Virus record (IMG/VR): IMGVR_UViG_3300020429_000529
Span: 70,762-134,761 of that record
Strand: one strand, 5' to 3'
Origin: a virus
Length of the DNA: 64,000 bases
Of this stretch, positions 1-8,638 are shown piece by piece. Each line of letters opens with the position of its first letter. Positions within the stretch are counted from its first letter, which is position 1. A program made the position numbers and the translations under genes. The notes beneath the pieces are model-generated. The model had not been told where the DNA came from. It saw nothing but the letters and a program-made list of their open reading frames with translations, and did no database searches.

Positions 1-121
1 GCTTCGAGTACCCTTCGGGCGACTCTTCGACGACTGAAACGATAAGAAAAAGAAGGAATTCTCCCGCAACGATGCTAAACCATAGATTACAGAACGTCTT
101 CGCGCGCGTGAGGAGAACCCC

Positions 122-3100
122 ATGAGTTCCAAAGGCTTTATCAAATGGGCGTCAGGTCCAATGCCGGCAGAAGTTGTCCATCTGCCAAAGACAGACGACT
201 GGAAGTATCTAAACACATCTCGTGTTAAGGTTGCCGGTATCGATAAAACCAAGGATACTGATCTTGGCGGCTTTGATCTGAGCGCCGCCGTTGACGAGCA
301 TCCCAACCATCTTTTTGTCAAGGCATTCGCTATCAAGGCTGATGAGGTCAATGATAACGGCGATGCCTTTTCTGCTGATGAGCTAAAGAAGGCTGCGGAA
401 ACATTCATTGATTGTCCCGTCTTTGTAAACCATCAGAACGATGATGTTGAGAAGGCAAGAGGCAAGGTTGTTCACGCATGGTGGGACAACGATCAGCAGG
501 GTATCTATGTCATCAACAGAGTTGACAAGGAAGCTTACCCTCAGTTGGCCCGAGGCATTGAAGAAGGTTACATCGTCGGAACTTCAATGGGCGCTCAGGT
601 AGGCCATTCGGTCTGCTCTGTCTGTCACAACAAGGCTCATGTTGCTGACGAGTTCTGCTCTCACATCAAGGAGCGTAAGGGCAAGAAGTATAGCGGCGCG
701 CATCAGTGCAACTATCACAAGAGCCCTGGCGCTCCCAAGGACGATTGTCCTGCTTGCGGCTGCAAGAAGGGGTCCAATAAGGAGTTGAACCATAAGGAAG
801 CTCAGATTTTTGAGTGGAACTATGATATCAACTTCATTGAAGACAGCTTTGTTGTCAACCCTGCTTGTCATGACTGCCTGGTTTGTGATGTTCTAAACGT
901 TCCCGAAATCGAGAAGGTTGCGAACGTTAATATCGATAAGCTCCGCAAGGTTGCTTCTGCGATTCAGACCGCTGTTGATGGCGGCAAGATTGCGAAGAAG
1001 GCAGGAACGAAAGAGATTACCGCTCTCAATGAGGCTATGACCCTCATGGAGGGCGTTACCCGTTCGATGATGGCTCAGAAGCAGCTTGTGTCCATGGAGT
1101 ACGTCAGCGACATTGTTGAGCAGTTGGCGAAGCTTCAGGAAACAACCGATGAGTTGGTAGAGATGGGTTACAGTCAACTCCCATCGCCGCCTGAGTCGGA
1201 AGTTATTTTTGGTAATCAGCAGGCTGCATCTCCTGTTGAGGGCGGAGCAACTCAGGTTTCCGATCCGAACATGATGCAGTCGCAGCAGCCCCAGATGTCG
1301 GCAGGCTCGCCGTCAGGTACTACAAGTTCTCCGGTAGGTGATGGGTTGGCAACGATCACAAAGCCAACTTTTTCAAAGTCTGAGAAGGAATTTTTGACAC
1401 AAGCCGAGAACATCAAGGAGAGTATCCGCAGGATAGCGAGCGGTTTCAGCGCCGACAGGGGGTTGATCCATTCAAGGAGAGAATCTGTGTTGAAGTCGGA
1501 GCATACTTACGCTGCGGAGAATGGCGACCTGAAAATCGTCATTGCTCATACTGAAGATGGCGAATGTCACGTTGCCGAGTTCAAGGGAACGCAGCTTCGT
1601 AAGCTGACAAATGCCGATGAGTTTGGTAATGAGATGCGAATGCTCATTGCTAACGATCCCCAGAATGCTGCACAGAGGATTCTAACACAAACGTCTGAGT
1701 CCAAGGAGTCGAGAGAGGCTATGGCAAACTCAAATAACAAGAAGACCGCTGCTGGTCGCGGAGTTACGGAAGAGCAGACTGAGATGATTACTCAGAAGCA
1801 GCTTGATGCTGCTGATCTTCCGGAATACACAAAGCGTCAGGAAGACAGCTACGAAACGATCACCGAAGGCGATGAGCAGATTGGCGGCACCGAGCGTTAC
1901 AACGATGTAACGACTGCAAGCCCTCAGACTCGCCGAGGTTCTTACGATGTCATCACTCAGGAGCAGCTAAACGCTATTACTGAGGGGCATCTTTCTCGTT
2001 GGAAGGACTTCCCTGAAGTCATCACCGAGAAGCAATGGGACGAGATGAGCCGTACCGTCGATGCGATCCTTCCTGAGGATTGGACCGAGGAAATCACTCA
2101 GGCTCAGCTTCTCAACCTCCGAGACAACCACCGTTGGGAAGATCCCAACGTCATCACTCAGGGTCAGCTTGATAATCAAGGCAGCACGATGCCTGATATC
2201 GGCGACACCGCACGTTGGAAGGCCGCTGGCCGAGATCCTGCCTCGCTTGTCAAGGCAGCCGCCAAGTCGGTTTCCGACGCCATCGCTAACTACGGTCTCT
2301 CTCCGCAGGATGTTGCCAACGCAGTTGCGTCGGTTACGACATCTCCTCATGCGCAGATGAAGGCTTCGTATCTGACCCTTATCAACGCTGTCCCATCGAA
2401 GATCGCTGGCCGTCAGGCTGAGCGAGATCGTCGCAGCTACTTCGAGAGAGTCGCAAACCGTCGCGCAGATGGTTTCAGCGCCGTCGATGGTTTGCTTGCA
2501 TCCATGGCCGACAACGTTGGTTACTTGAAGTCCAACAACCTGATTGATGCGGTACGTCGCATTGTTCAGGACAAGACAGCTTTTGCGAAGGCCGAGAAGA
2601 ACGCCCGTACTGCTATCAAGCAGGCTCAGTCGGCGGAAGCTCGGCCCGTTTCGTATGACGATGGCCTCGCTGCGGCTCTTGCCGAGTTTGTCAACGAGGA
2701 CGGTCTCACCAAGGTTTGCGGAGCCCTCTCTGAGATCTCTGTCAAGCCTTCTAAGGGCGGCGACTTTGTTGCTGCGGCCTTCAAGTTCGCTTCTGAGCAT
2801 GAGGAAATCGAGGATGAAGTCATCCTTGCTTCTGTTGACATCGATGAAGAGGCGGGCACCTTCGAGGTTGTTCTGAAGGACGTTTCTGCTGCTACCGAAG
2901 AGGAAGTTGAGCGATTCAAGCAGGCTCAGGTTGCTAACTTCGGAGACAAGAAGGCAGAGCCGTTTGGTAAGAAGGACAAGAACGAGAAGGGCAAGGAAGA
3001 CGCAGACGGCAAGGAAGATGATGCCGATGCTGAGGGTTGCGGAACCATGGCGGGTTCGAAGGGCGGTCAGAAGACTGCTCGTTCCGAGCGTCGTCAGCAG

Positions 3101-5962
3101 ATGCTCCGCGAGGCTCAGTTGATGGGCGGTCAGATGCCAACCGATATGGGCGCTGGCGGCGGAGGCGGAGCATCGCTTCCCGCTCCTCCTGCTGAGGGCG
3201 GCGCTCCTGTTGAGTCGTTCGATGGAGGCCTTGATGACATGGGCGAGGAAGGATTCGATGAGGATCTTATGCCCAAGCCGCCCGGCGCTATCTGCCCTGT
3301 TTGCGGTTCCGATGACGTTGACGTTGTTGACGGCAGAGGCAAGTGCAACAACTGCGGAGCCGAGTGGGACATCGAAATCATGATTAACGTCCGCAAGTGG
3401 CCTGGTATTACTGACCAGGGCGAAGAGGACGACACTCTTGGCGGCGAAGCCGGCGAAGAGGGCGAAGGTTTTGCTCTCGATGAGGACAACCCCATCGAGG
3501 AGAGTCTGCCTGTTGCCGCAACCACTCGCTTGACCGATTTCTCGCTCAAGAAGATGGCAGAGGCCAACATCAGCCTTGGTTCTGTAAGTCCTTACAGCGG
3601 CACAACCGAAACTTACCGAGTCGGCAAGACCGCCGATGGCGCTACGGAGTTCCACTGCTTCAGCAGCGGTCAGAGGTACTTGGTAAGAGCAGCCCAGAAG
3701 GGCGACAAGGTTTACGCTCGTTGGGAATGGACGCCTCGCTTCAGCGAGCCATGCCAGAACTGCAGCCGAGTCCGCAAGACCTTTGCGAAGGCCCTTGCTA
3801 ACCGCAACCTCACAATGGAGAAGTTCCAGTCGCTCTCTGCACGAGATCGCGGCAAGTTGATCCTTGCGATGAACAACGAGGGAACTTTCAAGACTGTCAA
3901 GACCGCATCGAAGAACGAGTCGATCTCCAAGACCTTCAAGGAAGTTTACGCTTTCGGTCCTGGCGACAAGTTCCCTGTTGAGTCTTGCCGAGAGAAGCTT
4001 GCTCGTCGCTTCGGCGAAGATGCGATTGCTTTGAGCGGCCCATGCCACGGCAGCAACCTTGTTGACTGCGTATGCAAGAGCCTCAAGTCGGCAGGAGTAT
4101 ACAGCAACGGTCTTGCTGTCAAGATTGCTCAGATTTGGGCGGATCGAGACGGCTGCATCGAATGCTTCGAGGACAACATCCGCTCTGGCTTCACGGCTGA
4201 GCAGTCGTCTCTCATCTGCGAGAGCATGAAGCAGGTCTTTGCTCAGCCCATCGAGATGTTTGCTGATGAGCTTGAGAATGGCTTCGACGATGGAGGAAAC
4301 GACGGAGGCTTCGATGATGGCGGCGATGAGGTCGGCTTCTTCGAAGAGGATGTCAACCCGTTCGGCGGAGACGAGGCTGCTGGCTTCGTAACGATCGAGC
4401 TTCCGATTGATGTTCTTGAGCAGGTTGATGAGGCTCTTGATGTTGCTTTGGGCGAAGATCCTGCTCTTGAGGGACATCACGACGAGGGAATCCTTCCCGA
4501 GGGCGACGTAGAGGTTGAAGTCGGCGACGAGGTTGCCGATGGCCTTGAGGACGCAACCGAGAATGCCCTTGACGCAGCGGTTGATGTTGCTGATGAAGTC
4601 GTTGACAGTCTCGAAGGCGAGGTTGAGGACGACGGAGACGGCGATGATGACGGCGGCGACGACAACGGCGGGGGCAACCCGTTCGGCGGCGATGAGTCTC
4701 ACGACGATGAGGGGTCCGATCCTCTTATGGCAGAAAATCACACAGGAAAGAAGGAATCTTATGCAGAAACTTCAAATGAAGATGACAGCGAGGATTCCGA
4801 AGAGGAAGTCACAATGCGAGAGGCTGAGGCTTTGGCCGACAACCTGAAGCGCGGTAAGATTTCTCAGACTGGTCGAATCAGTCTTGATCTTGACGGAGTG
4901 CTTGCGGCGCTCGGCAAGAACGCCCAGTCGAATCTTCACCAGACGAACGTCCAGGACGACGCTGACATTCAGCCGACTTCCGGTAAGAACAAGTCTCAGA
5001 TGGGTCACGAGGACAAGTTGACCCTTGCTGATCCAGATGCCCCTTCCGCAGGAGCGGGCGCAACGATGGGCAAGGAGTCGGGCGACCTCGTACCTGAGAA
5101 CAACACAAACGTCCCCAACGGCGGCGGCGAGATGGGTCATGAGGCCGATCAAGGCTACACCGCTGAGAAGGGCGATCAGCACACCGGCGGCGAAGACGGC
5201 GCTGGTACTTCGAAGGCAGCTTCGAACGGACACAAGAACTACCGTACCGCTGAAAGAGTCGGCGACCTTGCGGAGAGCTTGATCCGAGTTGCCGAAGAGA
5301 AGAAGCTCGCTCCTCCTGCTCCGCATGAGGATGATGAGGACATTCAGCCTGTTCAGGAGAACAAGGATCACTCGCACTCGGGCAACGAGATCAAGCCCCG
5401 AGAGGGAGATGACGGTCCTGATGCTCCCGAGCAGGGTAATGCAAGCTTCATGGGTCATGAGGAAGAGTCCATTGGCGACGTTCCGAAGAGCCCAGAGCAT
5501 CACCCCGAGTTCCCCGCTGGCGGCGGACAGAACTCGAAGTATGACAGAAATGAACGCTACGCCCCTGAGAAGCAGGAGCGTGACAAAGGCACGGTCATCG
5601 CACGTCGCGATGAGGAGTCCCTTGCGGCCCGAAAGAAGGCTGCTCAAGTCCTTGCAGGTAAGATGGTCGCAAGCGGCCTGATTCAGCCTGCACAGATCGT
5701 CGATAAGATCGCTCAGCTTGAGCGTTATCAGATCGAGCAGATCGCGGATCTTGAGAAGTCGATCTTTGGCGGAGCTTCGAGGAAAGGGCTCGACGCCGTA
5801 GCGAAGGGAGCGCAAACCCCTCTCGTCGTCAATGCTTCGGCGAATGAGCGAGAACCGGCAGGAGAGCTAAGGACAAAGCTGCAGAGCTTGTTCACGCTCG
5901 ACCGTCGTAACCAACTCGCTGATTCTGATGACGATGCGCAACTCAGGAATGGATACAGGTAA
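122..5962 (+). CDS. Prohead (capsid maturation) protease fused to a very long multi-module scaffold/core polyprotein
   Basis: N-terminal ~260 aa has NxNGDAF..EL, TFIxxPVFVNH (candidate catalytic His), GTSMG (candidate catalytic Ser), a CSVC..CSH zinc insertion and FIEDSFVVNPA, a pattern I recall from large-phage (Bxz1-like) maturation proteases. The rest is acidic and low complexity with zinc ribbons. It lies directly upstream of the decoration and capsid genes. SD GAGGAG before the ATG. Confidence 0.8.
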   Translation: MSSKGFIKWASGPMPAEVVHLPKTDDWKYLNTSRVKVAGIDKTKDTDLGGFDLSAAVDEHPNHLFVKAFAIKADEVNDNGDAFSADELKKAAETFIDCPVFVNHQNDDVEKARGKVVHAWWDNDQQGIYVINRVDKEAYPQLARGIEEGYIVGTSMGAQVGHSVCSVCHNKAHVADEFCSHIKERKGKKYSGAHQCNYHKSPGAPKDDCPACGCKKGSNKELNHKEAQIFEWNYDINFIEDSFVVNPACHDCLVCDVLNVPEIEKVANVNIDKLRKVASAIQTAVDGGKIAKKAGTKEITALNEAMTLMEGVTRSMMAQKQLVSMEYVSDIVEQLAKLQETTDELVEMGYSQLPSPPESEVIFGNQQAASPVEGGATQVSDPNMMQSQQPQMSAGSPSGTTSSPVGDGLATITKPTFSKSEKEFLTQAENIKESIRRIASGFSADRGLIHSRRESVLKSEHTYAAENGDLKIVIAHTEDGECHVAEFKGTQLRKLTNADEFGNEMRMLIANDPQNAAQRILTQTSESKESREAMANSNNKKTAAGRGVTEEQTEMITQKQLDAADLPEYTKRQEDSYETITEGDEQIGGTERYNDVTTASPQTRRGSYDVITQEQLNAITEGHLSRWKDFPEVITEKQWDEMSRTVDAILPEDWTEEITQAQLLNLRDNHRWEDPNVITQGQLDNQGSTMPDIGDTARWKAAGRDPASLVKAAAKSVSDAIANYGLSPQDVANAVASVTTSPHAQMKASYLTLINAVPSKIAGRQAERDRRSYFERVANRRADGFSAVDGLLASMADNVGYLKSNNLIDAVRRIVQDKTAFAKAEKNARTAIKQAQSAEARPVSYDDGLAAALAEFVNEDGLTKVCGALSEISVKPSKGGDFVAAAFKFASEHEEIEDEVILASVDIDEEAGTFEVVLKDVSAATEEEVERFKQAQVANFGDKKAEPFGKKDKNEKGKEDADGKEDDADAEGCGTMAGSKGGQKTARSERRQQMLREAQLMGGQMPTDMGAGGGGGASLPAPPAEGGAPVESFDGGLDDMGEEGFDEDLMPKPPGAICPVCGSDDVDVVDGRGKCNNCGAEWDIEIMINVRKWPGITDQGEEDDTLGGEAGEEGEGFALDEDNPIEESLPVAATTRLTDFSLKKMAEANISLGSVSPYSGTTETYRVGKTADGATEFHCFSSGQRYLVRAAQKGDKVYARWEWTPRFSEPCQNCSRVRKTFAKALANRNLTMEKFQSLSARDRGKLILAMNNEGTFKTVKTASKNESISKTFKEVYAFGPGDKFPVESCREKLARRFGEDAIALSGPCHGSNLVDCVCKSLKSAGVYSNGLAVKIAQIWADRDGCIECFEDNIRSGFTAEQSSLICESMKQVFAQPIEMFADELENGFDDGGNDGGFDDGGDEVGFFEEDVNPFGGDEAAGFVTIELPIDVLEQVDEALDVALGEDPALEGHHDEGILPEGDVEVEVGDEVADGLEDATENALDAAVDVADEVVDSLEGEVEDDGDGDDDGGDDNGGGNPFGGDESHDDEGSDPLMAENHTGKKESYAETSNEDDSEDSEEEVTMREAEALADNLKRGKISQTGRISLDLDGVLAALGKNAQSNLHQTNVQDDADIQPTSGKNKSQMGHEDKLTLADPDAPSAGAGATMGKESGDLVPENNTNVPNGGGEMGHEADQGYTAEKGDQHTGGEDGAGTSKAASNGHKNYRTAERVGDLAESLIRVAEEKKLAPPAPHEDDEDIQPVQENKDHSHSGNEIKPREGDDGPDAPEQGNASFMGHEEESIGDVPKSPEHHPEFPAGGGQNSKYDRNERYAPEKQERDKGTVIARRDEESLAARKKAAQVLAGKMVASGLIQPAQIVDKIAQLERYQIEQIADLEKSIFGGASRKGLDAVAKGAQTPLVVNASANEREPAGELRTKLQSLFTLDRRNQLADSDDDAQLRNGYR
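1781..2173 (+). repeat. Six protein-level repeats of (E/D/N)xIT(Q/E)xQ(L/W) in the scaffold polyprotein
   Basis: EMITQKQL, ETITEGDEQI, DVITQEQL, EVITEKQW, EEITQAQL, NVITQGQL read from the translation. Confidence 0.75.
4950..5470 (+). repeat. MGHE-type and DDxDIQP repeats in the C-terminal scaffold segment
   Basis: QMGHED, TMGKES, EMGHEA, FMGHEE; DDADIQP and DDEDIQP. Confidence 0.65.
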
Positions 5963-5988
5963 AGAATACCTAACGAGGAGATAGAACA

Positions 5989-6516
5989 ATGGCTTTGATT
6001 CCTGTTTACCACGTTGTTCCTTCGTACTACCCCGTCGATCCCGACTACGATGCGGTCAACAGCCCGATCATCATGGGTATGTTCGTTACGCTTCAGTCGA
6101 ACGGCTATGTAGCGAAGGCAAATGCAACCAACGCAATCGGTATCGCTGGCGACTCGATCGCTACCGACTCCGGTTACACCCCTTATGCTGCTGATATTGT
6201 CATCAGCGGTAACGGCGCGACTCGCTCGACTTCGAACCGAGTTTCGGACTTCTTCGACGAGACGCGCGGCTCTGGTAAGCTGACGGTTTACCACAGCGGA
6301 GGCGAGTTCTGGACCGACCAGTACGAGTCTTCGATTGCGGCTGACCCCCCAGCGGCGGTATACAGCAGCGCGAACGCACTGCTTGACGACTCCGGATCTG
6401 TTTCCGTTGGTCGTTTGATCGAAGGGCCTACGGACTACCCCAGCGGTGTTCCGGGTACTGATACGCAGGGATCGATTTCCCTCGGTCAATACATTAGGTT
6501 CAAGCTCAGCCTCTAA
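5989..6516 (+). CDS. Head decoration/capsid cement protein
   Basis: 175 aa between scaffold and major capsid gene. IxMGMFVxLxxxG, AIGIAGD, SGKLTVYH and GEFWTDQYE fit beta-tulip decoration proteins. SD GAGGAG. Confidence 0.7.
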   Translation: MALIPVYHVVPSYYPVDPDYDAVNSPIIMGMFVTLQSNGYVAKANATNAIGIAGDSIATDSGYTPYAADIVISGNGATRSTSNRVSDFFDETRGSGKLTVYHSGGEFWTDQYESSIAADPPAAVYSSANALLDDSGSVSVGRLIEGPTDYPSGVPGTDTQGSISLGQYIRFKLSL

Positions 6517-6602
6517 ACCCGAGGCAAGAGTAGAGAAGGTTTGAAACTTTGAGTCTCTGACAGCAGAGGCATCATAAGAGCAAACACTTAGGAGGTAGAA
6601 TA

Positions 6603-7496
6603 ATGTCTTTCACCAAGAATCTCTCTGATGACCAGAAGGAAGAGGTCATCGCACAGGCTCTTGAGACTGACGAGGGACGCACCGCTCTTGCTCAGGCTAT
6701 GGTCGAGCCCATCCGTCGTTCTCTTGAGTACCAGGCAGTTGGTCGTAAGCTGCTCATGGTTGACGAGCTTCCCCAGGGCGCGCTTGCCCGATACGAGCGC
6801 GACGTTGCCGCTATTGCGCACGTCGTCTCCCGTCGAGGCGCTGTTCCTGACCAGATCCAGGAAGGCGAGGAAATCCTCGTTCCGACCTGGGAGATCGCGG
6901 CTAACCCCACGATCCGTCTCTCCGAGATCAAGGCGCGTCGCTTCTACATCGTAGACCGCGCGCAGATCAAGGCCAAGGAAGCCATCCAGAAGGAGGAAGA
7001 TTCGCAGATTTTCAACGCGCTCATCGCAGCCGTTGACAACCGCGCAGCTAACCCTCTCTTCGCTGACGATGCTCAGATCGTCCAGGACGGTTCCTCGCTC
7101 AGCACGACTTCGCTCAACGCAGCGTTCCGTCTGATCGAGCGTCACGACCTGGTTGCGACCAAGATCGTTATGCACGCCAACCGCTACGCAGATGTCCGTA
7201 CCTTCGGTAAGGACTTCTACGACGAGGCCACCACTCGTGAGATCCTCACGACTGGTCTCTACGGTCACCTCTGGACCGCCGACATCCACGTTTCGTCGCG
7301 CATGCCGCCCGAGACTGTTCTTGTCGTCGCTTCGCCAGACACCGTTGGCGCGTTCCCGATCCGTCAGGACATCACCGTCCTGCCCGCAGACGACCCCAAG
7401 AAGCTCCGCCTCGGATGGGTCATCTACGAGGAAGTCGGCATCGCCATCATCAACGACTACGCAATCTCGAAGATCGAGGTTGCCGCAACCAGCTAA
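6603..7496 (+). CDS. Major capsid protein, HK97 fold (short, Bxz1/encapsulin-like type without a delta domain)
   Basis: LAQAMVEPIRRSLEYQAVGRKLL..DELPQG, WEIAANPTI, AIQKEED, GWVIYEEVGIAIIN. Strong SD AGGAGG, strongly biased codons, followed by a terminator. Confidence 0.9.
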   Translation: MSFTKNLSDDQKEEVIAQALETDEGRTALAQAMVEPIRRSLEYQAVGRKLLMVDELPQGALARYERDVAAIAHVVSRRGAVPDQIQEGEEILVPTWEIAANPTIRLSEIKARRFYIVDRAQIKAKEAIQKEEDSQIFNALIAAVDNRAANPLFADDAQIVQDGSSLSTTSLNAAFRLIERHDLVATKIVMHANRYADVRTFGKDFYDEATTREILTTGLYGHLWTADIHVSSRMPPETVLVVASPDTVGAFPIRQDITVLPADDPKKLRLGWVIYEEVGIAIINDYAISKIEVAATS

Positions 7497-7524
7497 TCTG
7501 ATTAGCTGACCAAGAGTCTCTCTC

Positions 7525-7552
7525 ACGGCCCCTTTCGAGGGGCCGTTTTTTT
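7525..7552 (+). terminator. Rho-independent terminator after the capsid gene
   Basis: ACGGCCCCT-TTCG-AGGGGCCGT perfect stem followed by a T-tract. Confidence 0.9.
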
Positions 7553-7571
7553 ATGCGCTCAGACAAATCTT

Positions 7572-7578
7572 GCCGATA
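7572..7578 (+). promoter_or_regulatory. Class B putative promoter element GYCGATA (sigma28-like -10)
   Basis: GCCGATA right after a terminator; the same motif occurs in five other intergenic gaps. Confidence 0.45.
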
Positions 7579-7664
7579 TAGAGTAAGGCGGGTATTGCGT
7601 GAAAGCTTACAGTGATAAGCCAGCAATGCCGAAGAACCTGAAGAGCATTTGATAGGAGTCCAAA

Positions 7665-8102
7665 ATGCAGATCGAAGTCACACTTGCAGAACTTAACAGC
7701 GTAGTCGAAGGTCTCAACAAGCTCGTTGAGACGCCCATGCCAGCCAAGTACGCCTTTCGCTTTGGCAAAGTAGCCAAGCAGCTTCAGGGCGAACTACAAG
7801 AGTTGCAGCAGCAACGCAACGAGCTTTACAAGAAGTACGGCGAGCAGCAGGAGAATGGATCGCTCACGATTCCGCCCGCCAAGGTCAACGACTTCTACGG
7901 CGAGGTTGAGGAGCTTCTCAAGGAGAGCGTCAACGTCAACTTCGAGCCCATGCCGCTGTCCGCCATTGGCGATAGCGAGGTTTCGATTGCAACGATGGCC
8001 TGGCTCGATAAGTTCTTCGTTGATGACCTGAATCCTGATGAGCCTGCGTCGGAGGTTTCCGAAGAGTCTCAGGAGGAGGAGGCTGTAGCGGCGGGCGCGT
8101 AA
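7665..8102 (+). CDS. Hypothetical coiled-coil phage protein (DUF1617-like)
   Basis: LxxLxxxxMPAKYAFRF..QRNELYKKYG..LLxExVxV pattern of small phage chaperone-like proteins; SD AGGAG. Confidence 0.55.
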   Translation: MQIEVTLAELNSVVEGLNKLVETPMPAKYAFRFGKVAKQLQGELQELQQQRNELYKKYGEQQENGSLTIPPAKVNDFYGEVEELLKESVNVNFEPMPLSAIGDSEVSIATMAWLDKFFVDDLNPDEPASEVSEESQEEEAVAAGA

Positions 8103-8123
8103 TACGATGTCAGGAGGCATCTC

Positions 8124-8552
8124 ATGCGCAGTATTAAAACAGCAGGCTATAGCGTTTCTCTACCGATTGACAAGAAAGACTATCCGCCGATCAAGGGTAT
8201 GGAAGGTCCAATGAGGATGCCGAATGGCAAAGTCCTCTATTACGACCCGAAGCAGAAGCAATACTATGATCGCAAAACTGACATGTTTGTGCCTGTAGAG
8301 GACGCAATGGCAACGCCGCCTCCGAGGGATGAGAGCTTTTTCCCGCACAACACTCGAACTGCTGCCAAGAAGTCTCCATGCTGGGACGGCTATGAGCAGG
8401 TCGGCATGAAGGACAAGAACGGCAGAGAAGTTCCTAACTGCGTACCGAAGAACAAAGAAAGCGCCAAGCACGATAAGGGTTCAGAGATCTACAAAGAGGG
8501 CGACGAAGAACGTAAAGAGTCTTCAACGAAGACTCGTTTGTTCAAGCTTTAG
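8124..8552 (+). CDS. Small modular putative internal head protein
   Basis: Two short modules (GMEGP..G.V.YYDPK..YYD..TD and PCWDGYEQVGMK.K.G..VPNCVP) that I recall from prohead-associated proteins of large phages; SD AGGAGG. Confidence 0.5.
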   Translation: MRSIKTAGYSVSLPIDKKDYPPIKGMEGPMRMPNGKVLYYDPKQKQYYDRKTDMFVPVEDAMATPPPRDESFFPHNTRTAAKKSPCWDGYEQVGMKDKNGREVPNCVPKNKESAKHDKGSEIYKEGDEERKESSTKTRLFKL

Positions 8553-8587
8553 TTGAAAATCCTAACTGGACTCCAACTGCTAACGAG

Positions 8588-8618
8588 AGGCCCTGCCGTT
8601 TGGTGGGGCCTTTTCTTT
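8588..8618 (+). terminator. Probable Rho-independent terminator
   Basis: AGGCCCTGCC-GTTT-GGTGGGGCCT imperfect stem then TTTCTTT. Confidence 0.6.
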
Positions 8619-8623
8619 GAGAA

Positions 8624-8630
8624 GCCGATA
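8624..8630 (+). promoter_or_regulatory. Class B putative promoter element
   Basis: GCCGATA right after a terminator, 8 nt before the GT start (possibly a leaderless mRNA). Confidence 0.45.
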
Positions 8631-8638
8631 GAGTAAGT

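Noticed and set aside
1967-4741. 924-aa minus-strand ORF, and other long antisense ORFs (4772-5815, 6588-7526, 29459-30301, 43888-44712)
   Set aside because: Antisense shadows of codon-biased + strand genes; no recognisable motifs
6603-7496. Encapsulin nanocompartment or gene transfer agent interpretation
   Set aside because: Context of protease, decoration, neck, tube and tape measure genes plus phoH and a tRNA indicates a large phage
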